NCBI GenBank assembly: GCA_043826435.1
Contig: JBDRQF010000057.1
Location: 1 to 15,380, forward strand
Direction of reading: 5' to 3'
DNA: 15,380 nt
From: Elusimicrobiota bacterium
GTDB lineage: Bacteria; Elusimicrobiota; Endomicrobiia; CG1-02-37-114; JAHJSO01
Every line of letters begins with the position of its first letter. The stretch's first letter is position 1. Position numbers and translations under genes: made by a program. Under the pieces are notes generated by a model that was given only the letters and a program-made list of their open reading frames with translations, was not told the origin of the DNA and did not search any database. Of this stretch, positions 7,480 to 14,982 are shown one piece after another.

Positions 7480-8559
7480 ATGAAGGGAATAATATTTTTA
7501 ACGGCAGGTTTTGCAGCAGGTTTTATTTTCTACCATTTATTCCTGCACAGGCGGATGAAGTCCCGGTATGCAAAAGACATGGAACTGATACACAGGGCGT
7601 CAGACGAACTGTCGTCTGCACTCCAGCCGGAGCGTCTCCCGGACAGGATAAATGCCCTGTTCGCCCGGTTGACGGGCATAAAAAGGTGCTGTATAATGTT
7701 ATACGACGCTCAACATGACGCACTCGTTATCAGAGCGGGGACAGGGATTTCCGAAAGGGCAAAGAGGGACATAAGGTTTAAGCCGGGGCAGGGCATAGCA
7801 GGCAGGGTATTTTCCACGGGCGGGACGGAATTCGTTGACGATACGGCAATTGACGCCTCATACATGGAATTTTTCAAAGGTACTGAACGACCGTCTGAAA
7901 GGTTGCTATGCCTGTCGCTTAAATTCAAGTCAAGGGTGTACGGGGTCATAAACCTTCACTGCGGCGCGGTCCGGGGAAGGGATGTGCCGTTCGGCGCCAT
8001 GGAGATGCATCTCATTCACACGCTGGCGAACATTTCTGCGGCCGCAATAGCGAATTCACAGTTTTACGTCCAGTCGGTAAGCGACGGCCTGACGGAACTT
8101 TATATCCATCGTTATTTTAAACAGCGGCTTGAGTATGAAATTGAAATTGCAAATAAATATTCGTTGTCGCTGTGCCTGATGATGTTTGACATTGATTATT
8201 TCAAGCGCCTGAACGATACGTACGGTCACACCGCAGGCGATTATGTTTTAAAGAATTTAGGGTGCATCTTGAAACAAAGCATGAGGGATACGGACGTGTG
8301 CGCCCGTTACGGCGGCGAGGAGTTCGCAGTTATTCTTTCCGATACGGGGATTGAAAATGCGGAAGAGTCCGCAGAGCGGTTCAGAAAAAGGGTTGAAGAT
8401 GTGGAGTATCACTTTAACGGCCGGGTAATAAACGTTACCGTTTCCGTTGGCGTTTCAGGGTACAGGGCGAATGAAAACAAGGAAGATTTTATTAAAAGGG
8501 TTGATACCGCCCTGTACAAGGCAAAAGAGACAGGCAGGAACAGGAGCGTACGTTTATAA
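7480..8559 (+). CDS. Membrane-anchored GAF-GGDEF diguanylate cyclase
   Basis: N-terminal TM helix; GAF (PGQGIAGRVF...YGVINL); DGLTELY, DIDYFKRLNDTYGH and intact RYGGEEF active site; RxxD inhibitory site (RDTD). Confidence 0.95.
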   Translation: MKGIIFLTAGFAAGFIFYHLFLHRRMKSRYAKDMELIHRASDELSSALQPERLPDRINALFARLTGIKRCCIMLYDAQHDALVIRAGTGISERAKRDIRFKPGQGIAGRVFSTGGTEFVDDTAIDASYMEFFKGTERPSERLLCLSLKFKSRVYGVINLHCGAVRGRDVPFGAMEMHLIHTLANISAAAIANSQFYVQSVSDGLTELYIHRYFKQRLEYEIEIANKYSLSLCLMMFDIDYFKRLNDTYGHTAGDYVLKNLGCILKQSMRDTDVCARYGGEEFAVILSDTGIENAEESAERFRKRVEDVEYHFNGRVINVTVSVGVSGYRANENKEDFIKRVDTALYKAKETGRNRSVRL

Positions 8560-8650
8560 ACCTGTGCGCTGTATTTTTTACCGCCTACCGGATTACCATT
8601 CCCCGGTGTAACCTGCCAGAATTTATTCAAACAAAATTTGTTTCAACCAG

Positions 8651-8679
8651 TTGCATTTTTTAAAGAAATTTGATAAAAT
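8651..8679 (+). promoter_or_regulatory. Putative sigma70 promoter of the tpiA-BMC operon
   Basis: TTGCAT (8651-8656), 17-bp spacer ending in TGn, TAAAAT (8674-8679); palindrome AAACAAA-A-TTTGTTT at 8629-8643 just upstream. Confidence 0.6.
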
Positions 8680-8787
8680 TATGTGTTGTATATACCGTTG
8701 TAAATAATGAGGCAATAAAAAGACGCAGGGAGTTGCGGACAAATAGTCCATATTGCCGACGACAAATAAAGAAAAGAGGAGACACGC

Positions 8788-9540
8788 ATGAGACGACCCT
8801 TAATTGCCGGAAACTGGAAGATGTTCAAGACAATCCCCGAAACAGTTACAACCCTGACCCAACTGAAAAAAAACGTTGCGGATGTCCACCACTGTGAAAT
8901 AGCCGTATGCCCGCCGTTTACCGCTCTTGCCGCTGCCTGGGGAGTCCTCAAAGGGACCAACGTTCACCTGGGCGCCCAGAATTGTCACTGGGAGGAAAAA
9001 GGGGCATACACCGGGGAGGTTTCAGTTGCGATGCTGGCGGATGCCGGGTGCAAACATGTGATTGCCGGTCATTCCGAACGCAGGCAGTATTTCGGTGAGA
9101 CGGACGAGTCAGTGAACAAAAGGATGTTTGCCGCGCTCAAAGGCGGCTTAATCCCAATCGTGTGTATCGGTGAGACGCTACAGGAAAGGGAAAAGGGCGT
9201 TACGTTCAGCGTCCTGGAAACCCAGGTTAAAAAGGGTATGGCAGGACTGGACGCGAGGCAATCCGGTCAGATTGTAATCGCCTACGAACCTGTGTGGGCA
9301 ATAGGCACCGGTAAAACGGCTACTCCCCAGCAGGCGGAAGAGGTACATGCCTTCATACGGAAACTCTACGCGGATATTTACGGTTCACTGGCGTCAGAAA
9401 ATGTCAGAGTCCTTTATGGCGGTTCCGTAAAACCGGAGAATGTTTCAGAACTGATGCAACAGAAAAATATTGACGGTGGGTTGGTCGGCGGGGCGTCGCT
9501 TGAGGCGGAAACATTTACAAAAATTATAAAATATAAGTAG
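8788..9540 (+). CDS. tpiA: Triosephosphate isomerase
   Basis: AGNWKM, GAYTGEVS, GHSERR, AYEPVWAIGTG, YGGSV and DGGLVGGASL; catalytic K/H/E intact; GAGGAG RBS. Confidence 0.98.
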   Translation: MRRPLIAGNWKMFKTIPETVTTLTQLKKNVADVHHCEIAVCPPFTALAAAWGVLKGTNVHLGAQNCHWEEKGAYTGEVSVAMLADAGCKHVIAGHSERRQYFGETDESVNKRMFAALKGGLIPIVCIGETLQEREKGVTFSVLETQVKKGMAGLDARQSGQIVIAYEPVWAIGTGKTATPQQAEEVHAFIRKLYADIYGSLASENVRVLYGGSVKPENVSELMQQKNIDGGLVGGASLEAETFTKIIKYK

Positions 9541-9585
9541 GGGGCAGGGGGCGGCCGCGCAAAATGGAGACGTCCCGGTGAGGGG

Positions 9586-10236
9586 GTGGCGACGATGGAC
9601 TTCCATTCTGAAGGGGTTAAAAAGGAAATCGTGGATAAGATTGTTAAACGGATGGAGAGAGAAAAGAAGCCCGTAATAGTGAACGTGTCCAACAGGCATA
9701 TCCATATGGCACTGCGGGACATGGAAAAACTTTTCGGTCCGGGATATAAACTAAAAGTGGACAGGACGCTTATGCAGCCGGGAGAGTTTGCGTCACAGGA
9801 ATTCGTCACGATAAAGGGCCCGAAGAATGAAATAAAAAAGGTACGCGTGCTGGGCCCAGTGAGAAAATCCACGCAGGTTGAAATTTCAAGGACTGATTCC
9901 TTTGTTCTCGGTATTGATGCGCCGCTGCGTTTATCAGGTGACATAAACGGTTCTGCGCCCATCACGATTATCGGCCCGGCGGGGACAGTTGAATTAAAGG
10001 ATGGGTGTATAGTGGCGAAGAGACACATACACTTTGCTTCTAAAGATGCAGATTTTTTTAATATCTCCGGTGGCGACGTTCTGAAGGTAAAGGTGGAAAA
10101 CGAAAGCGGCCGCGGACTGGTTTTTGACAACGTCATTGCCCGCGTGAGGGAGGACATGGCCCTTGAGTTCCATGTTGATACGGATGAGGCGAATGCCGCC
10201 GGTATAAAGAACGGCGATAAAGTAATAATTATATAG
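9586..10236 (+). CDS. pduL: PduL-type phosphate acyltransferase (phosphotransacylase)
   Basis: SNRHIH, LMQPGEFA, VRVLGP, QVEISRTD, RHIH and EFHVDTDEANAA motifs; short amphipathic N-terminal helix (VKKEIVDKIVKRM) resembling an encapsulation peptide. Start GTG 9586 or ATG 9595. Confidence 0.95.
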   Translation: MATMDFHSEGVKKEIVDKIVKRMEREKKPVIVNVSNRHIHMALRDMEKLFGPGYKLKVDRTLMQPGEFASQEFVTIKGPKNEIKKVRVLGPVRKSTQVEISRTDSFVLGIDAPLRLSGDINGSAPITIIGPAGTVELKDGCIVAKRHIHFASKDADFFNISGGDVLKVKVENESGRGLVFDNVIARVREDMALEFHVDTDEANAAGIKNGDKVIII

Positions 10237-10370
10237 CAGAGACGCTCTGTGTGCGGCCCACTAGATGCGCGGGTGCCAGAAAGAGCGCATAATTTGCCGA
10301 TGGCGAAACCGTGCCAGGGACGTGAGCGCCCGAGTGAACTCTGCAATAAAGTGAAGGGGGTAAAAATCGT

Positions 10371-10673
10371 ATGGAAGCACTGGGTATGATTGAAACAAGG
10401 GGACTGATTGGGATGATTGAAGCGGCAGATGCAGCCGTGAAGGCGGCAAATGTTAAACTTGTCGGCTGGGAGAAGATTGGTTCGGGGCTTGTGACGATAC
10501 TTTTCAGGGGAGAAGTCGCCGCGTGTCGCGCAAGTTGCGATGCAGGAGCGGCAGCCGCCCAGAAAGTCGGCGAACTGATTGCCGTGCATGTGATACCGCA
10601 GCCGCATTCTGATTTGGAAGGGAAAATGCCGATTTCGCTGCCTGAGACGTTAAGCAGAAGGAAACAGGGATAA
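10371..10673 (+). CDS. BMC hexamer shell protein (BMC-H, EutM/PduA-like)
   Basis: [11 protein letters not shown]...[12 protein letters not shown]...KIGSGLVT...GEVAACRAS...HVIPQPH; short C-terminal tail. Confidence 0.97.
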   Translation: MEALGMIETRGLIGMIEAADAAVKAANVKLVGWEKIGSGLVTILFRGEVAACRASCDAGAAAAQKVGELIAVHVIPQPHSDLEGKMPISLPETLSRRKQG

Positions 10674-10685
10674 TAGGAGGGCATA

Positions 10686-11018
10686 ATGCTCTTTGCCCGT
10701 GTAATAGGAAACGTTGTCTGCACAAGGAAAGATGATAAACTTGTGGGGACAAAACTTTTGATGGTTCAGCCGGTTGACCTGCAGGGCGCGTCCAAAGGCA
10801 ACCCGATTGTTGCGATTGACGTAGTAGGTGCAGGTGAGGGCGAACTGGTTTTAATTGTTCAGGGTTCAAGCGCCCGGCAGACGAAGCGCACAGAGGGCAA
10901 TCCTGTGGATTGTACGATTTTCGCCATAGTTGATTCTGTGGAGAGGGACGGCAAAATTGTTTTCAGAAAAACGCAGGACTATGCTGAAGGAAGAAGTCAT
11001 AACAAAGCGGACAAATAA
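10686..11018 (+). CDS. eutN: BMC pentamer vertex protein (BMC-P, EutN/CcmL family)
   Basis: ARVIGNVVCTRK...KLLMVQP...VAIDVVGAGEGELVL...GSSAR...PVDCTIFAIVD; AGGAGG RBS. Confidence 0.95.
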   Translation: MLFARVIGNVVCTRKDDKLVGTKLLMVQPVDLQGASKGNPIVAIDVVGAGEGELVLIVQGSSARQTKRTEGNPVDCTIFAIVDSVERDGKIVFRKTQDYAEGRSHNKADK

Positions 11019-11204
11019 AAACGGTTTGTATTTTGCCGCAAGTGCGGTCAGTCGGGTCGGTCCTGCTGGGGCGCGCAAATATGCGTACTGGTATGTATGT
11101 GGAAGCCGGTACAATATTACCGGTAAAATGTTTGGCAGAGATGCGGGGGCGTGCTGATCGTATGCGTTGAAGTTGCACGCTGTTGACGGCACATAAAACC
11201 CGGG

Positions 11205-12698
11205 ATGATTGACATGGTTCTGGATATAAACAATATAGAACATCTTGTAAAGGAAATTCTTCTTCGGCTGGATGAGGGCGGTGCCGGCGATGTGGTTTCC
11301 GACGTATCCGGTGGTGTATCCAATGCGGGTGGTTTAATTGAACCGTCTCCGTCCGGGACATCTGTTAGCGAGGGGGTATTGTGTTCCACCGTTGAGCATG
11401 CAGTTGCGACGGCCATCCATAGCCAGAAAGTTTTCCAGTCAATGGGACTGGATGCCCGCCGTAAAATCATTGAGTCAATCAAAAAGGAAACGCTTAAAAA
11501 CGCCGAATATCTTGCAAGGATTACTAATGAAGAAACAAAAATGGGAAGGGTGGAACACAAGGTCCAAAAGAACATACTCGCTTCCACCAAGACCCCCGGG
11601 GTTGAGGACATACAGCCGGTGGTGGCCTACACGGGGGACAGGGGGTTAACCCTTGTGGAGTTTGCTCCATTCGGTGTGATTGCCGCAGTTACGCCGTCAA
11701 CAAACCCTACATCCACAATAATAAATAATGCAATATCAATTCTTGCTGCGGGCAATGCGGCGGTATTTGCCCCGCACCCTGCGGCTAAAAGGTGTTCACA
11801 GGAAACAATGAGGATTATAAACGAGGCGGTTGTTTCTGCAGACGGGCCGCCGGGGCTTGTAACCACCGTTGACCCGCCGTCCGTTGAGGCAACGCAAAAC
11901 CTTCTCAAACACCCCGGTGTGAAGATGATTCTCGTTACGGGAGGTCCTGCAATAGTAAAGGTTGCAATGTCAAGCGGTAAAAAGACGATAGCGGCCGGAC
12001 CTGGGAACCCGCCAGTAGTTGTGGACGAAACGGCGGTTTTTCCGAAATGCGTCAGGGATATTATTGACGGGGCGTCGTTTGACAACGGGATACTCTGCAC
12101 AGCGGAGAAGGAAGTCCTTGTGGTTGAGAAGGTTTTTGAAAGTTTTCTTCACCACATAAGACAGCAGGCGGATATTTATGAATTGAGCAAAACCCAGATG
12201 GATGAACTGGCGAAAATAGTAATTGTGCAGGGCGGGGTTGGCTGTAAGGAACCGGTGCTGAACAGGGAGTATGTTGGCAAAAATGCGAACATGATTGCAC
12301 AGGCGATCGGACTAACCCTGCCTGACGATGTAAAATTACTCTGGGGGGCAGTGCCAAACGACCATCCGTTTGTATGGACGGAGCAGCTTATGCCTGTTCT
12401 GCCCGTTACCATGGTGAAAGATATTGAGGCAGCAATTGATTTTGCCGTCAGGGTTGAAGGAGACAATCATCACACTTTTATAATGCATTCTCTCAATATT
12501 GCAAACCTGAGCAAAATGGCGCGTAGTTGCGCCGGTTCAATATTCGTCAAGAACGGCCCGTCCTACATGGGTCTCGGTATGGGAGAGGGCTACGCCGCAC
12601 TTTCCATTGCAACACCCACGGGCGACGGTTTGATTAAAACAAAAAATTTCTGCAGGCCGCTGAGATGCGTCCTTGTTGACTATTTCAGGATAGCATAA
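11205..12698 (+). CDS. CoA-acylating aldehyde dehydrogenase (EutE/PduP family) with N-terminal encapsulation peptide
   Basis: PFGVIAAVTPSTNPT, VTGGP, AGPGNPP, SFDNGILCTAEKE (catalytic Cys), EQLMP and TPTGDG; N-terminal INNIEHLVKEILLRL helix plus a G/S-rich linker. Start may be 11205 or 11214. Confidence 0.95.
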   Translation: MIDMVLDINNIEHLVKEILLRLDEGGAGDVVSDVSGGVSNAGGLIEPSPSGTSVSEGVLCSTVEHAVATAIHSQKVFQSMGLDARRKIIESIKKETLKNAEYLARITNEETKMGRVEHKVQKNILASTKTPGVEDIQPVVAYTGDRGLTLVEFAPFGVIAAVTPSTNPTSTIINNAISILAAGNAAVFAPHPAAKRCSQETMRIINEAVVSADGPPGLVTTVDPPSVEATQNLLKHPGVKMILVTGGPAIVKVAMSSGKKTIAAGPGNPPVVVDETAVFPKCVRDIIDGASFDNGILCTAEKEVLVVEKVFESFLHHIRQQADIYELSKTQMDELAKIVIVQGGVGCKEPVLNREYVGKNANMIAQAIGLTLPDDVKLLWGAVPNDHPFVWTEQLMPVLPVTMVKDIEAAIDFAVRVEGDNHHTFIMHSLNIANLSKMARSCAGSIFVKNGPSYMGLGMGEGYAALSIATPTGDGLIKTKNFCRPLRCVLVDYFRIA

Positions 12699-12766
12699 GA
12701 TGAACAACATAGGTACATTTAACAATAAATAGGTCACCGAGATTATAGATAAAGGTAGTTAGAAAA

Positions 12767-12976
12767 TTGAAAAACAAAAAAAAAGCAAGAATTTTAATGA
12801 TTGACAGAAACGATAAGAACTCTGAAAAAAAAGAGATAGATTTTGAGATAAAATATTTAACTTCGCTTACAACAGCGCAAAGATTCAAAATGATGTTTGA
12901 TATATCTTTTTCAATAGCAAAAAGGTTAAAAAAATATGGAAATAGAACATCTTATAAAATTACTCAAAGAATTTAG
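12767..12976 (+). CDS. Small hypothetical protein, partner of the downstream nucleotidyltransferase (putative antitoxin)
   Basis: AT-rich 69-aa ORF with EIDFEIKYLTSLTTAQRFKMM; overlaps the next gene by 41 nt; start (TTG) uncertain. Confidence 0.65.
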   Translation: MKNKKKARILMIDRNDKNSEKKEIDFEIKYLTSLTTAQRFKMMFDISFSIAKRLKKYGNRTSYKITQRI

Positions 12977-13403
12977 GGTGAAATTTGTTGTAATAGGCGC
13001 TGAAGCATTTCCTGTTTACGGATATGCCCGTGCAACATTTGATATTGATATTTTTATTGAGCCGACCGAAGAAAATGCAAAAAGAGCCATGGATGCATTG
13101 AAAAAGTTTGGTTACGATGTTATAGAAGAAACAACACTCAAGAAATTTCTTACTAAAAAAACGCTTATAAGGCAATATCTACTGGCTACTGATATTCATC
13201 CTTTTGTTAAAGGTATTAATTTTGAAGGTATATGGAAAAACAAAATCAGAGCAAAGATTGGGAATACATATGCATATTTTCCGTCGTTAAGAGACATGAT
13301 AAAAATGAAAAAGTCGGCAGGGCGTGTTAAAGACAAAGAGGACTTAAAATATTTAACAAGGATTCTGAAACGGAAAAAATCAAAAAATAAAAATGACTCC
13401 TGA
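12936..13403 (+). CDS. Nucleotidyltransferase, AbiEii/DUF6036-like (DNA pol beta superfamily)
   Basis: FVVIGAEA...YGYARATFDIDIF (G-x, RxTxDxD) and C-terminal IKMKKSAGRVKDKEDL (K...RxKDxxD). Confidence 0.85.
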   Translation: MEIEHLIKLLKEFRVKFVVIGAEAFPVYGYARATFDIDIFIEPTEENAKRAMDALKKFGYDVIEETTLKKFLTKKTLIRQYLLATDIHPFVKGINFEGIWKNKIRAKIGNTYAYFPSLRDMIKMKKSAGRVKDKEDLKYLTRILKRKKSKNKNDS

Positions 13404-14709
13404 AAACATAATTGAAAAAGTAAGAAATGCTGGTGTCGTCGGTGCCGGTGGTGCTGGTTTCCCTACGCATATTAAATTGCAGGCGAAGGTTAATACCGTC
13501 ATTGCCAACGGCGCCGAGTGTGAGCCACTATTAAAAATAGACCAGCAGGTTATGGCGTTAAAATGTGAAAAGGTCGTTCGTGGACTGGACTTGGTTATGG
13601 AGTCAACGGGTGCAGGAAAAGGGATAATTGCAATCAAGAAAAAATATCATAAGGCGTGTGAAGTAATGTTAGATGTGGTAAGAAATACCAAGAAGGATAT
13701 ATCTGTTTTTCACCTGGACAACTATTATCCTGCCGGCGACGAGTTTACCCTGGTTTATGATGTAACAGGTAGGATAATCCCTGAAGGGGGACTGCCGTTG
13801 AATGTCGGATGCGTGGTTAACAATGTTATTACCCTGATAAATATAGCAGATGCGGTTGACGGCGGCATGCCTGTTACTGACAGGCCCGTTACCATATGCG
13901 GGGCTGTCAAAAAACCAATTTCAATTATATTGCCTGTCGGAACGCCTGTAGAAACTGCCATACAACTTGCAGGCGGTGCAACTATTAGTGATTATGTTAT
14001 CCTTGACGGTGGCCCTATGATGGGCGTGGTTATCCCCGAGGGGCATGTCATTACAAAAAAAACATCAGGAGTCATCATTCTTCCGCCGGACATCACGGCT
14101 TCAACGATGAAAACATCTTCCGTATCACATACCGTTAAACAGGTGAAGTCGGCATGCGAGCAGTGCCGGGACTGCACGGAAATATGTCCGAGGTTCCTGC
14201 TGGGACACAAGTTTGAATGTCACAAAATCCAGCGCTCCGTCGGTGCAGGGAAATTTGAAAACCTTACGACCGCATTCTTGTGTTCTGAATGCGGATTGTG
14301 TGACTGGGTTTGCCCGATGCGATTACTCCCGAGGAGGGTGAACCAGGAGGTTAAAAAGCAACTTATCTCACACGGAATAAAAAACCCGCACAAGGGAGTA
14401 CCTGTGGCGGTCCACTCTATGAGGCAATACAGGAAGGTCCCGCCTGAGAGGGTCATGGGACGGCTTGACGTACTTAAATACGATAATCCTGCTCCGCTAA
14501 CGGAACTGGCGGAAGAAATACGGCAGGTCCGTATCCCGCTTTTGCAGAACGTCGGTGTTCCGTCAGAGCCGATGGTAAAAATTGGGGATAGGGTTAAAAA
14601 GGGCGACTTAATAGCGAAAATTCCAGAAGGGAAACTTTCAGCAAACCTTCACGCATCTATTGACGGCAGAATAACAGGAATAAACGGTTATATAAAAATT
14701 GAGAGGTAA
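13393..14709 (+). CDS. PduS-like flavin/Fe-S oxidoreductase (RnfC/NuoF-related; SLBB, two 4Fe-4S, C-terminal barrel-sandwich)
   Basis: GVVGAGGAGFPTHIK, NGAECEP, YPAGDE, GGPMMG, CEQCRDCTEICP, CSECGLCDWVCP and C-terminal HASIDG; domain order matches BMC-associated PduS rather than RnfC. Confidence 0.9.
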   Translation: MTPENIIEKVRNAGVVGAGGAGFPTHIKLQAKVNTVIANGAECEPLLKIDQQVMALKCEKVVRGLDLVMESTGAGKGIIAIKKKYHKACEVMLDVVRNTKKDISVFHLDNYYPAGDEFTLVYDVTGRIIPEGGLPLNVGCVVNNVITLINIADAVDGGMPVTDRPVTICGAVKKPISIILPVGTPVETAIQLAGGATISDYVILDGGPMMGVVIPEGHVITKKTSGVIILPPDITASTMKTSSVSHTVKQVKSACEQCRDCTEICPRFLLGHKFECHKIQRSVGAGKFENLTTAFLCSECGLCDWVCPMRLLPRRVNQEVKKQLISHGIKNPHKGVPVAVHSMRQYRKVPPERVMGRLDVLKYDNPAPLTELAEEIRQVRIPLLQNVGVPSEPMVKIGDRVKKGDLIAKIPEGKLSANLHASIDGRITGINGYIKIER

Positions 14710-14713
14710 GATA

Positions 14714-14947
14714 ATGAAAAAATGTAAATCATTTGTAAAAGAAAAACAATCAGCATACGGAGCAGGAAACACAATTACAATTCCTGTAGAGGTCTTTGAG
14801 ATAGCAGAATCAAAAGAAGAAATTGAGGACTGGCTTTTGGCACACGACCCTGAGTTTATCAAAAGAATGAGAAAGGCAAAAGCGGATATGGACGCTGGAA
14901 AGGGAAGAACATTGGAAGAATTGAAGAAAAAACTATGTATAAAGTGA
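14714..14947 (+). CDS. Putative type II antitoxin (RelE/ParE-partner-like)
   Basis: EEIEDWLLAHDPEFIKRMRKAKADMDAGKGRTLEELKKKL resembles C-terminal neutralising segments of RelE/ParE antitoxins; ATG 14714 after GAGAGG. Confidence 0.7.
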   Translation: MKKCKSFVKEKQSAYGAGNTITIPVEVFEIAESKEEIEDWLLAHDPEFIKRMRKAKADMDAGKGRTLEELKKKLCIK

Positions 14948-14982
14948 TATATCTGCCCGATGCTGAGAATACCATTGAGGTT
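14935..14982 (+). pseudogene. N-terminal stub of a RelE/ParE-like toxin
   Basis: ATG 14935 overlaps the antitoxin end and reads MYKVIYLPDAE, the usual first strand/helix start of RelE/ParE toxins, then runs in frame into the next gene. Confidence 0.55.

Noticed and set aside
1224..9550. GGGGGCAGGGG at 1224-1234 and again at 9540-9550
   Set aside because: Low-complexity 11-mer with unrelated flanks.
9414..10607. 397-aa minus-strand ORF
   Set aside because: Lies antisense to tpiA, pduL and BMC-H, all with clear motifs; its translation is S/F/T-rich with no recognisable domain, so it is a shadow ORF.
10930..11157. 75-aa + strand ORF spanning the BMC-P/AldDH gap
   Set aside because: Overlaps BMC-P by 89 nt in another frame, has a TTG start and no recognisable motif.
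13393..14709. Calling this gene rnfC of an Rnf complex
   Set aside because: No rnfDGEAB neighbours, the barrel-sandwich domain is C-terminal, and the BMC context fits PduS.
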